Source: Marine Group II euryarchaeote MED-G38
GTDB taxonomy: Archaea; Thermoplasmatota; Poseidoniia; Poseidoniales; Thalassarchaeaceae
Assembly (NCBI GenBank): GCA_002457145.1
Contig: NTJP01000007.1
Coordinates: 28,425 to 92,424 of the forward strand
Length of the DNA stretch: 64,000 nucleotides
Direction: 5' to 3'
A program made the position numbers and the translations under genes. A model generated the notes under the pieces. That model made no database searches. It saw only the letters and a program-made list of their open reading frames with translations, and had not been told where the DNA came from. How positions within the stretch are numbered: position 1 is the stretch's first letter; each line of letters opens with the position of its first letter. Positions 10,336-19,350 of this stretch are shown piece by piece.

Positions 10336-12573
10336 TCAGACAGATTCCATTCCAGAATTACTACTTGATGAGCGTTTAACAGACTCTAATCCACTTGTTA
10401 AAGTTGATTCCATACGATTATAATAATCCATCATATCTTCTGTAACAGTTGGCCTAACTCTATCTATGGCTTGCTCAAAGAATTTCTTTGAAACTGTCTT
10501 TTTATTAGCCCTCATAGAAATCAAAGCTGCTTCTCGGCATATCGCTTCTATATCAGCACCGGTATAATTATCTAATTTAGGTAAAAGATCGTCGAGATTG
10601 AATTTACCGAGAGGCATAGATTCAGTATGAATCTTAAGAATTTCTTTTATTGATTCTTTATCAGGCGGGGGGATATGTAAAACTCGTTCAAATCTCCCTG
10701 AACGAAGTAGCGCTGGATCAATCATTTCAGGCCTATTTGTGGCTGCAACAACTATTACTCCTTCCATGGATTCTACTCCATCCATACTGCTCAGTAGCTG
10801 ATTAACAACCCTATTCATCGCATCAGAGCCGCCGCCTGAATTATCCCTTCTAACTCCTGCTATACTTTCGAATTCATCCAAGAAAACTATCGAAGGGCTA
10901 GCTTGTTTTGCTTTTTTGAACACTTCTCTTACTGCTTTTTCAGATTCTCCGACCCATTTTGATATTAATTCTGGTCCTTTGATAGTAATAAAGTTAGCAC
11001 TGGCCTCATTAGCAATTGCTTTTGCAATTAACGTTTTTCCAGTACCTGGAGCGCCAAATAGAATTATGCCCCTTGGGGGTTTAATTCCAAAGTGTTCAAA
11101 TGTTTCAGGTCTATTTAGAGGCCATTCTATACTTTCTTTCAATCTTTCTTTGATTTCTTCTAAACCTCCAACTTGGTCCCAACTTACTTGAGGGACTTCA
11201 ATATATACTTCCCTTAACGCACTTGGCTCAATATCCTTTATTGCTAAATGGAAGTCTACCATTTTAACTTCCATTTTTTCAATAACTTCAGGAGGTATTT
11301 CTTCTTCATCAAGGTTAATCTCTGGCAAATATCTTCGTAAAGCTTTCATTGCAGATTCTCTAACAAGTGCAGAGATATCGGCTCCTACAAATCCGTATGT
11401 ATTTTCCAACAACCAATCGATATCAAAATCATCACTAATTGGCATATCTCTAGTATGAATACCAATAATTTCTGCTCTTCCATTTTTATCTGGGACGCCT
11501 ATTTCTAATTCTCTATCAAATCGTCCTGGTCTACGTAATGCAGGATCTATTGCATCACGACGATTTGTCGCACCAATTACAACAACGTTGTCTCGTCCTT
11601 GCATGCCGTCAAGCAGAGTAAGAAGTTGTGCCACTACTCTTCGCTCTACTTCACCGCTTACATCTTCTCTTTTTGGTGCAATACTGTCCAATTCATCTAT
11701 GAATATTATGGCTGGTGAATTAGCAGCGGCTTCATCGAAAATTTCTCTCAATTGCTTTTCGCTCTCACCGTAATATTTTGAAATTATTTCTGGGCCGTTT
11801 ATTGATTGGAAATGTGCATTGGTTTCAGAAGCTACTGCTTTAGCAATTAGAGTTTTTCCTGTTCCTGGAGGGCCATGTAAAAGAACTCCGCGAGGAGGAT
11901 CTATTCCGAGTCTACGAAATAATATTGGATGTTTAAGAGGGAGTTCGACCATTTCTCTTATATTTTGTAATTGTTGGCCTATTCCCCCTATATCTTCATA
12001 TGATATTGAATGGATTATATCCTGTTCTTCTTGACCACTCATTGGTTCCTCTTTAATGATTATTTCTGTGTCGGGTAAGACTTGGACTATTCCTTTTGGA
12101 CTGGTTTGAACTATAGCAAAAGGCAATGCTTCTGCAAATAGTGTCATACCTGGAATAAATATCCTGTCTCCTGCAACAACCGGTCTTTTGTTCAATCCTC
12201 TTCTTGCAAAGCCTTCTATTCCGGGGCCAAATCTAACTTTTTGTTGTTTAGCCATAACTGGACTGAGTACCAATCTTGTACATGGTTGAGTTTCGACCTT
12301 GGAGATGGCTACACGATCGCCTAAACTTACTCCTGCGTTTTTCCTAATTATTCCGTCTATTCTGATTACCCCTAGGTTAGCATCTTCAGGCCTACAACGC
12401 CAAACTATAGCAGCAGTATCTTGTTCCCCGGATATTTGTATTATATCACCTGGTTTAAGATTGAGATCATTATCAAACGGGACTCTGGCACGTCCATGAC
12501 CTACATCGCTTGGAATAGCTTTTGCAACTCTTAATGTCAAAGAATCTGATATATCTGATGAATCTGTTGTCAC
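10336..12573 (-). CDS. cdc48: Cdc48/VCP-like AAA+ ATPase (two AAA domains)
   Basis: 745 aa, GTG start. N-domain pattern (GRARV...GDIIQISG...AIVW). Two Walker [17 protein letters not shown], two Walker B ([16 protein letters not shown]), SRH regions and a C-terminal tail. Confidence 0.95.
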   Translation of the reverse strand: MTTDSSDISDSLTLRVAKAIPSDVGHGRARVPFDNDLNLKPGDIIQISGEQDTAAIVWRCRPEDANLGVIRIDGIIRKNAGVSLGDRVAISKVETQPCTRLVLSPVMAKQQKVRFGPGIEGFARRGLNKRPVVAGDRIFIPGMTLFAEALPFAIVQTSPKGIVQVLPDTEIIIKEEPMSGQEEQDIIHSISYEDIGGIGQQLQNIREMVELPLKHPILFRRLGIDPPRGVLLHGPPGTGKTLIAKAVASETNAHFQSINGPEIISKYYGESEKQLREIFDEAAANSPAIIFIDELDSIAPKREDVSGEVERRVVAQLLTLLDGMQGRDNVVVIGATNRRDAIDPALRRPGRFDRELEIGVPDKNGRAEIIGIHTRDMPISDDFDIDWLLENTYGFVGADISALVRESAMKALRRYLPEINLDEEEIPPEVIEKMEVKMVDFHLAIKDIEPSALREVYIEVPQVSWDQVGGLEEIKERLKESIEWPLNRPETFEHFGIKPPRGIILFGAPGTGKTLIAKAIANEASANFITIKGPELISKWVGESEKAVREVFKKAKQASPSIVFLDEFESIAGVRRDNSGGGSDAMNRVVNQLLSSMDGVESMEGVIVVAATNRPEMIDPALLRSGRFERVLHIPPPDKESIKEILKIHTESMPLGKFNLDDLLPKLDNYTGADIEAICREAALISMRANKKTVSKKFFEQAIDRVRPTVTEDMMDYYNRMESTLTSGLESVKRSSSSNSGMESV

Positions 12574-12709
12574 TTCATTCGCCCCGGACGGATACCTCTA
12601 AAACTCTGGGGTAATTAAACCTACTAACAAAAAATTGTCTTTTATTTTCATTATTATCAATTACGTTAATACTCAGTAGGGTTATCAAAGTCAAGTCTAT
12701 CGCAGCGTC

Positions 12710-14338
12710 ATGGCCCATGTATTAGCGACCGGTTTTGAGAAGATGGAAAGTAAAAATCCAAATGATAACCCTAAGATTAAAGGATACAATATAATCAATG
12801 GAAAATTAAAGTTAGCAAGCAGTGGTGAAAGTTTTGAAAGTATTAATCCTGCTTGGTTAGACGACTGTTTGGGAGAATTTCCTCTTTCAACTAAAGCTGA
12901 TGTACATGAAGCATTAGCTGCTGCCCGTGCTTCATTTCCCTCTTGGTCATCTACTCCTGCTCCTACTCGGGGGCAAATAATAGGAAATATGGGGCGACTA
13001 CTGATGGAGCATAAAGATGACTTAGTACGTCTACAAGCACGTGAGATAGGAAAAACACTGAAGGAGTGCGGAGGAGAAATACAAGAAGCCATTGATACAT
13101 GTTTATTCTTTCAATCTGAAGGGCGGCGCCTCTATGGGCAAACAGTCAACTCTGAATTACCTGATAAAGAATTATTCACATACAGACGTCCTTTAGGAGT
13201 CTGTGGGATAATTAACGCCTGTAATTTCCCTTCTGCAGTTCCTTTCTGGAAGATGATTCCTGCAATTATGTGTGGCAATACATGTGTATGGAAATCTCCA
13301 CAAGATTCGCCATTACTTTCTTTTGCTCTTGCACGAATAATGTATGAATCAGGGTTACCAGATGGCGTGATTAATCTAATTCACGGCAAAGGAAGTGGGG
13401 CTGGACAGTATTTAGTTGATGCTGTTGATCTTGGAATGGTGGATAAAATATCTTTTACAGGAAGTACTTCAGTTGGGAAAATGATTGGAGAAGTATGTGG
13501 AAGAAATCTAGTGAGTGCAAGTCTAGAATTAGGAGGTAAGAATCCACTTGTAATAATGCCAAGTGCTAATTTAGAAAATGCAGTTGAAGGGGCCTATTGG
13601 GCTGGTTTCGGTACTGCTGGACAGAGATGTACAAGTCTTGGTAACCTGATTGTTCATGAAGACATATATGATGAATTTGTTGATAAATTCATGAAAAAAG
13701 TGATTAGTACTCCTATAGGAGATTCTATGCGTCATGATGATATGATATATGGATCAATGTTATCAGAAAAATATGCTATTGATTTTCTAAAAGCTATCAA
13801 AATGTGCGAAGAAGATGGAGCTACAAAATTAATTGGCAGCGGCAGAATCACAAATGATCTTCGTCCAGAGGGTTTTCAGGGCGATGCAAATGAAGGAGTA
13901 TATATGTGGCCGCATGTTTATGTTGATGTTACAGAAGATATGAAGTGTTTCCATGAAGAAATATTTGGACCTGCAGTTACAATTGTTAAGGCTAATGATT
14001 TTGAACATGCCCTACATTTAGCTAATGCAAGTCCATATGGTTTATCTTCGGCGATTTATACAAATGATAGATTGGAAGCTTACCGATATAAAACTGGAAT
14101 TAAAGCAGGTATGACTGGGATTAATAATTCAACAACTGGAGCTGAAGCGCACTTGCCATTTGGCGGTGTCAAGGGAAGTGGAAATGGCACTAGAGAATCT
14201 GGCATATGGGTCATTGAAGCATACTCTTATTGGCATGCAGTTAATGATGAACTATCCGGTAAATTACAACTTGCACAAATGGATGTAGATGAAGTTGATA
14301 TAGAAGAAGCTGAGGCTGATTATTCTTCTCTTGCCTAG
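12710..14338 (+). CDS. NAD(P)+-dependent aldehyde dehydrogenase family protein
   Basis: 542 aa. ELGGKNP, catalytic-Cys region FGTAGQRCTS, EEIFGP and PFGGVKGSG. Substrate not assignable. The start could instead be the ATG at 12743. Confidence 0.9.
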   Translation: MAHVLATGFEKMESKNPNDNPKIKGYNIINGKLKLASSGESFESINPAWLDDCLGEFPLSTKADVHEALAAARASFPSWSSTPAPTRGQIIGNMGRLLMEHKDDLVRLQAREIGKTLKECGGEIQEAIDTCLFFQSEGRRLYGQTVNSELPDKELFTYRRPLGVCGIINACNFPSAVPFWKMIPAIMCGNTCVWKSPQDSPLLSFALARIMYESGLPDGVINLIHGKGSGAGQYLVDAVDLGMVDKISFTGSTSVGKMIGEVCGRNLVSASLELGGKNPLVIMPSANLENAVEGAYWAGFGTAGQRCTSLGNLIVHEDIYDEFVDKFMKKVISTPIGDSMRHDDMIYGSMLSEKYAIDFLKAIKMCEEDGATKLIGSGRITNDLRPEGFQGDANEGVYMWPHVYVDVTEDMKCFHEEIFGPAVTIVKANDFEHALHLANASPYGLSSAIYTNDRLEAYRYKTGIKAGMTGINNSTTGAEAHLPFGGVKGSGNGTRESGIWVIEAYSYWHAVNDELSGKLQLAQMDVDEVDIEEAEADYSSLA

Positions 14339-14420
14339 ATTAAATCCTCTCCACATTCTGGGCATGGTAGATTAGGTAACCACACGCCAGGCACATATTC
14401 ACAATTATGACAAATAGAGC

Positions 14421-14428
14421 TTTATAAA
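14421..14428 (+). promoter_or_regulatory. Candidate archaeal TATA box for the sdhCAB operon
   Basis: TTTATAAA preceded by purine-rich AATAGAGC (BRE-like), inside an unusually long (231 nt) spacer about 140 nt upstream of the sdhC ATG. No transcript data. Confidence 0.3.
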
Positions 14429-14569
14429 TTATTGATTGTGTTCATTTCATAAAACCCTAAATTTAGAGAATAAATAGTAACTAATATATTCTTAAAAAAG
14501 GTCATGGATGAAAGCAATCACTTATTGGCCACCGTCTATTCGGTTATGATATAAGGTAGGTGTTAGTTA

Positions 14570-15370
14570 ATGTCTGATGCAATCAAACTTCCTATGAAAA
14601 AAGGATTTGGAATTACCGATAGAGTTGATAAATGGTGGAATAAACCCTTTTGGATGGGGTTTGGACTTTCATTGGCACTCGTGTATACTGCACTGCGTGT
14701 ACTTGTTTGGAATGGAGAAATCCATTATGATAACCATAGAGTAACATCACCTATATTTTCTCCTGATGTTATTCATATTTTTGATTTGCAAACTCCACAC
14801 TGGATGAATTCAGCATTGCTTATTCTATGGATACCTTTCGGTTTTAGAGGAACATGTTACTACATGCGTAAAGTATACCATCGAGTATTTTTTCAAAATC
14901 CAACCGCGTGTGTCGTAGCAAAACCAAAAATCAGCTATAAGATAGATTATAAAGGAGAAAAGGGATTATTTATTCTGAATAATATTCATAGATATATGTT
15001 ATATTTGGCGATAATTATCCTCTCGATGAAAGTATATGATGTTTATCACACTATGTGGTTTCAAGGAGATAATGGAGTTGAGTCTTTTGGTATTTCAATT
15101 GGAACTTTGGTCCTAGCTATCGAGTCAATGTTGTTATTCATGTATGTTGCATCTTGTCATGCATTCAGACACCTATTTGGAGGTGGTATGAACCAATGGA
15201 GGAGTGGTATAAGTGGTATATTTGGAAAATTACACATTAAAATAAGTAATCTAAACATAGAACATGCTTTTTGGTTTTGGACAAGTTTAGTTATGGTATT
15301 TTTAGGAGACTTATTTGTATGGGCAGTTGCAGAAGGGATAATAAATGATATTCACTGGATAATTATTTGA
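14570..15370 (+). CDS. sdhC: Succinate dehydrogenase/fumarate reductase membrane anchor (single ~5-helix subunit)
   Basis: 266 aa, about five hydrophobic helices, directly upstream of sdhA-sdhB (11-nt gap). His at helix ends (PHW, IHRY, CHAFRH, EHAF). GGTAGGTG RBS. Assigned mainly from context and topology. Confidence 0.6.
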   Translation: MSDAIKLPMKKGFGITDRVDKWWNKPFWMGFGLSLALVYTALRVLVWNGEIHYDNHRVTSPIFSPDVIHIFDLQTPHWMNSALLILWIPFGFRGTCYYMRKVYHRVFFQNPTACVVAKPKISYKIDYKGEKGLFILNNIHRYMLYLAIIILSMKVYDVYHTMWFQGDNGVESFGISIGTLVLAIESMLLFMYVASCHAFRHLFGGGMNQWRSGISGIFGKLHIKISNLNIEHAFWFWTSLVMVFLGDLFVWAVAEGIINDIHWIII

Positions 15371-15380
15371 GGTTTTTGAT

Positions 15381-17207
15381 ATGAATGAAGAATATATTAC
15401 TCATGAATATGATGTAGTTATTATTGGAGCTGGAGGGGCAGGACTCAGGGCGGCTATTGAAGCAAGTAAGACCGGAGTATCTGTTGCAATGGTCTGCAAA
15501 TCAATGCTAGGTAAAGCGCATACTGTAATGGCCGAAGGTGGTGCTGCTGCTGCACTTGGAAATAAAGACCCCCGTGATAATTGGCAAATACACTTTAGAG
15601 ATACTATGAAGGGAGGAAAATATCTGAATGATTGGAGAATGGCTAGAATACATGCTCAGCAAGCGCCTGATAGAATAAGAGAATTAGAGACATGGGGTGC
15701 GATATTTGACAGGACATCTAAGGGACTCACTAATCAACGTAATTTTGGAGGGCATACCTATCCTAGATTGGCACATATTGGAGATGCGACAGGTTTGGAA
15801 CTAATTAGAACTTTACAAGAAAAAGGAGTTCACATGGGAATGGATGTTTTCATGGAATTTACAGTTCGTAAATTGTTTACAACAAATGGTATAATATCAG
15901 GTTGTTTTGCATATGATAGAAATGATGGGACATTGCATGTCTTCAAATCAAAAACCATAGTTATGGCTACAGGTGGAGCGACTAGATGTTGGTCAGTTTG
16001 TTCTGGATCTTGGGAATATACTGGTGAAGGATATGCATTAGCATATTGGGCTGGTGCTGAAATTGGAGACATGGAGTTCATACAATTTCATCCAACAGGA
16101 ATGATTTGGCCGCCTTCCGTAAAGGGAATTTTGGTAACTGAAGGAGTTCGAGGAGAAGGAGGTATGCTTACCAACTCTGAAGGTAATAGGTTCATGTTTG
16201 ATTATGTCCCTGAAATGTATAAAGATGAATTCGCAGATACTGAAAAAGAAGCCCTAGAATGGGTTTCTGAAGTTGTTGATGGAAAATTAGCAACAGTACG
16301 TAGGCCCCCAGAATTGCTGACTAGGGATGTCGTTGCTAAAGCAATTAATTCTGAAAGAGATGCAGGAAGGGCTAGTGAGCATGGCGGAGCATATCTAGAT
16401 ATATCATGGAGAAATCCTGACCAGGTCAAGAAAAAATTACCAGGTATGTATCATCAATTCAAAGAATTAGCTGCGGTGGACATTACAGTCGAGAAAATGG
16501 AAGTTGGACCCACTGCACATTATGTTATGGGAGGGATAAAAGTTCATCCAGAAACCCAAGAGACCACTGTGCCTAGAATGTTTGCAGCTGGAGAGGCAGC
16601 AACAGGTTTGCATGGTGCGAATAGGCTTGGGGGTAATTCACTATCAGACTTAATTGTATTTGGCAAGATAGCTGGAGAACATGCGGCACTGGTGGCACAG
16701 GGATTATCAGATTTTCTAGTAATTAATCCAGTAGAAATAGAAGAGGCGATTAAAGAAACTTTAGCCCCTTTGACACGTAAAGAGGGAGAAAATCCTGCAA
16801 AGGTTGTGGAAGATTTAAGAGAAATGATGCAAAATAAAGTTGGCATAATTAGAACTGAAAAATTGCTAAGAGAAGCATTACAAGATTTAGATGATTTAGA
16901 AATCCGTTCTCAAAAAACATCAACTGGAGATAGCAGAATATATAATCCAGGATGGCATCAGGCATTGGAGATTGAAGCAATGTTAGATGTTAGCAGAATG
17001 TGTGCATTAGCAGCTTTACACAGAGAAGAATCTAGAGGAGGACATACTAGAGATGATTTTCCCCTTCCGGATTACAAACATTGGGGAAAAATAAATAGTG
17101 TAATAACCAAAAAGGATGAGATGTCCATAGAACATAGAAGTTATCCCCCAATAGATGAAGAATTGAAAAAATTACTAGATATTGAAGATTTACATGAGGA
17201 GGAGTAA
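15381..17207 (+). CDS. sdhA: Succinate dehydrogenase/fumarate reductase flavoprotein subunit
   Basis: 608 aa. FAD fold DVVIIGAGGAGLRAA, covalent-FAD His region KAHTVMAEGG, HPTG, active-site RLGGNSL and ESRGGHTR. Confidence 0.95.
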   Translation: MNEEYITHEYDVVIIGAGGAGLRAAIEASKTGVSVAMVCKSMLGKAHTVMAEGGAAAALGNKDPRDNWQIHFRDTMKGGKYLNDWRMARIHAQQAPDRIRELETWGAIFDRTSKGLTNQRNFGGHTYPRLAHIGDATGLELIRTLQEKGVHMGMDVFMEFTVRKLFTTNGIISGCFAYDRNDGTLHVFKSKTIVMATGGATRCWSVCSGSWEYTGEGYALAYWAGAEIGDMEFIQFHPTGMIWPPSVKGILVTEGVRGEGGMLTNSEGNRFMFDYVPEMYKDEFADTEKEALEWVSEVVDGKLATVRRPPELLTRDVVAKAINSERDAGRASEHGGAYLDISWRNPDQVKKKLPGMYHQFKELAAVDITVEKMEVGPTAHYVMGGIKVHPETQETTVPRMFAAGEAATGLHGANRLGGNSLSDLIVFGKIAGEHAALVAQGLSDFLVINPVEIEEAIKETLAPLTRKEGENPAKVVEDLREMMQNKVGIIRTEKLLREALQDLDDLEIRSQKTSTGDSRIYNPGWHQALEIEAMLDVSRMCALAALHREESRGGHTRDDFPLPDYKHWGKINSVITKKDEMSIEHRSYPPIDEELKKLLDIEDLHEEE

Positions 17208-17209
17208 AA

Positions 17210-17974
17210 ATGAGTGAGGATGTTACATTCAAAATTTTCAGAGGAGAACCTGATAATGATGGAGATCCTTTTGGAGAAATGGTAGAATATACTGTTCAAA
17301 TGGATGAGGGAATGGTAGTACTTGACGTAATACATAGGATTCAGGCAGAACATGCACCTGATTTATCATGTAGATGGAATTGTAAAGCAGGAAAATGTGG
17401 ATCTTGCTCAGCAGAAGTAAATGGCAAACCTCGTTTGATGTGTATGACAAGAATGGAAGAAGTAATGGAAGAAACTCCTGATGGTGAATCTGTAATGGTG
17501 AAACCAATGCAAGCATTTCCACTTACAAAAGATTTAGTCACCGATACATCTTGGGCATATGAAATGAATAAAAAAATGGTCCCAATAAATGGACCAGAAG
17601 AAAAAAATTGGGAATTTAATCAGAATGAAGCTAATAGAATACAAGAATTTAGATCCTGTATTGAATGTATGCTATGTGTTAACACTTGTCATGTTTTAAG
17701 GGAGCATCAAAAATTCGATGAATTTGCTGGACCTAGATTCTTTGTAAGACTAGCAGGATTAGAAATGCATCCATTGGATATCGAAAATAGAATTCCAGAA
17801 ATAAAAGAGGATTTTGGGATAGGTTATTGCAATATAACAAGATGTTGTACTGAAGTTTGTCCAGCAGGAATAAACATAACTGATAATGCAATTATCCCTC
17901 TAAAAGAAAGAGTTATTTCAGAATATTATGATCCCATATCCATATTGGCGAAAAAAATCGGTTTAAGAAAGTAA
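17210..17974 (+). CDS. sdhB: Succinate dehydrogenase/fumarate reductase iron-sulfur subunit
   Basis: 254 aa. 2Fe-2S region CRWNCKAGKCGSCSAEVNG...C, then CIECMLCVNTC and CCTEVCP cluster motifs. Confidence 0.95.
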   Translation: MSEDVTFKIFRGEPDNDGDPFGEMVEYTVQMDEGMVVLDVIHRIQAEHAPDLSCRWNCKAGKCGSCSAEVNGKPRLMCMTRMEEVMEETPDGESVMVKPMQAFPLTKDLVTDTSWAYEMNKKMVPINGPEEKNWEFNQNEANRIQEFRSCIECMLCVNTCHVLREHQKFDEFAGPRFFVRLAGLEMHPLDIENRIPEIKEDFGIGYCNITRCCTEVCPAGINITDNAIIPLKERVISEYYDPISILAKKIGLRK

Positions 17975-18010
17975 ATTATTAAAAAATATTTTACTATGAA
18001 AATATATCAA

Positions 18011-18274
18011 TTATATCCTATCTATACGGATTTTCTTTACAATTGCTTTATTTATCTTATCAGGCAACCATGCAGGTGCGCTAGCAGGTTTTGGGACCAT
18101 TTCCTTTTTACCTGTAAATACATGAACTTTGGCTGTGCCTCTTTCTCTGAGCCTGATATCAGTCTCCCCCCTTGTCGCAGCTTTTAGGGCTGCACCTCTA
18201 GGTTGTTTACTGTGGAACACTTGTGTTGTGTCTTTTCCACCTTTCATCAATACAAAATATTTCTTTTCAGTCAT
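18011..18274 (-). CDS. MC1-type archaeal chromatin (non-histone chromosomal) protein
   Basis: 87 aa from the ATG at 18274, with GGAG 9 nt upstream (the ORF track starts at 18298). MTEKKYFVLMKG...KQPRGAALKAATRG..IRLRERGTAKVHVF...PAWLPDKINKAIVKK is nearly colinear with Methanosarcina MC1 as I remember it. Confidence 0.8.
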   Translation of the reverse strand: MTEKKYFVLMKGGKDTTQVFHSKQPRGAALKAATRGETDIRLRERGTAKVHVFTGKKEMVPKPASAPAWLPDKINKAIVKKIRIDRI

Positions 18275-18376
18275 AGACAATTCTCCAAACCTTTCCATTC
18301 TAAATTAGATAATGAACTTTTTGGCAAATGAATAGGATAATATTACCTAAATAGGCTTAAGATAAATTTGGAAGAT

Positions 18377-18610
18377 TTAAAATTCGGCGCACGCCAAAGT
18401 TTTGGTATTTGAAATTCCGGGAATGGAACGTATTGAATCCACTACCATACCGGCTATTACTCCAATGCCATCTGCTTCAACTTTGATAATTATATCATAG
18501 TCTCCAAAAAGGTGGTTAATATCTGAGACAAAACTTAATTTAGATAACTTATCAAAAACGCTTGTTTCTGCACCTGGTTCAACATTAACTAAGACATAAC
18601 CTGACGACAT
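18377..18610 (-). CDS. Stand-alone Lrp/AsnC-type ligand-binding (RAM) domain protein
   Basis: 77 aa. YVLVNVEPGAE...GDYDIIIKVEADG...IRSIPGISNTKTL is the typical RAM-domain pattern, with no HTH domain. Confidence 0.65.
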   Translation of the reverse strand: MSSGYVLVNVEPGAETSVFDKLSKLSFVSDINHLFGDYDIIIKVEADGIGVIAGMVVDSIRSIPGISNTKTLACAEF

Positions 18611-18708
18611 ATATTCCCCGAAGAGGCTTTAGTGAATCAACTCTTCGGCCTAATTCGGTTAAAAACGATGCGATGATTAGATATCCGATGACCTCGCCTC
18701 GCTGATTT

Positions 18709-19350
18709 ATGGCAGAAGTGGTAATAGTGAGAGAGTGTAAACATGGACAAGTCAGAGTGTTGTTTGGCAATATTACTACAGTCGAAGGAGATGTGATGGT
18801 AATTCCAGCTAATAATCGGCTAGCAGGAAGGGAAGGTTTGGATGAAAGAATGCAATTAGTTGCTGGACCTGAATTGAGAGAATTCTGTACAAACATAGCA
18901 AAAGAAAGGCGTAAAGAGAATTTACAACCTTGTGGAGTTGGAGAAGCAGTTACTTCACCTGGATTTAATCTTCCTGCAGAAAATCTAGTACATGTAGTGG
19001 GACCCGATTGTAGGAGGCCTTCACAAGATAACTTTAGAAGAGAATTATTGAAAAACTCTTATGATGCATTATTTGAACAAGTTGAAAAAATAGAGCCTAG
19101 AAAAACTCTGGTATTGCCACCTTTAGGAATGGATGTGTTTGCCTATCCTCATAGAGAAGGAGCGAGGAAAACTATGGAAATTATACTTGATTGGATGGAT
19201 GGTGAAAATGATCCTGGAGTCAGAATGGTATTGATTGTAACCCATGAAGATAATTTTCTTAACAATATGAAAACTGTATACAGAGAAGGTGAAGACCAAC
19301 TTCCTGGAATTGAAAGAACTAGAGATTTTCGTAAAGGAAAATTTCAATAA
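18709..19350 (+). CDS. Macro domain protein (divergent)
   Basis: 213 aa. GNITTVEGDVMVIPANNRLAGREGLDERMQLVAGPEL and VHVVGP fit the macrodomain N-terminal half. Both Gly-rich loops are non-canonical (see findings). Confidence 0.6.
   Translation: MAEVVIVRECKHGQVRVLFGNITTVEGDVMVIPANNRLAGREGLDERMQLVAGPELREFCTNIAKERRKENLQPCGVGEAVTSPGFNLPAENLVHVVGPDCRRPSQDNFRRELLKNSYDALFEQVEKIEPRKTLVLPPLGMDVFAYPHREGARKTMEIILDWMDGENDPGVRMVLIVTHEDNFLNNMKTVYREGEDQLPGIERTRDFRKGKFQ

Noticed and set aside
10916-12499. Four plus-strand ORFs (61-91 aa) inside cdc48.
   Set aside because: They are antisense to a strongly supported AAA+ gene. They are low-complexity Ser/Pro/Leu-rich translations typical of the reverse frame of a coding region.
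12697-13092. A 131-aa minus-strand ORF overlapping the 5' part of the aldehyde dehydrogenase gene.
   Set aside because: It is antisense shadow of a well-supported ALDH gene, with no motifs and an odd Cys/Ser/Pro-rich composition.
14504-14554. A 16-codon uORF (MDESNHLLATVYSVMI) lies in the long sdhC leader. It is tempting to link it to the tiny extra subunit reported for mycobacterial Sdh1.
   Set aside because: It is far too short to span a membrane, the RBS spacing is poor, and there is no conservation evidence.
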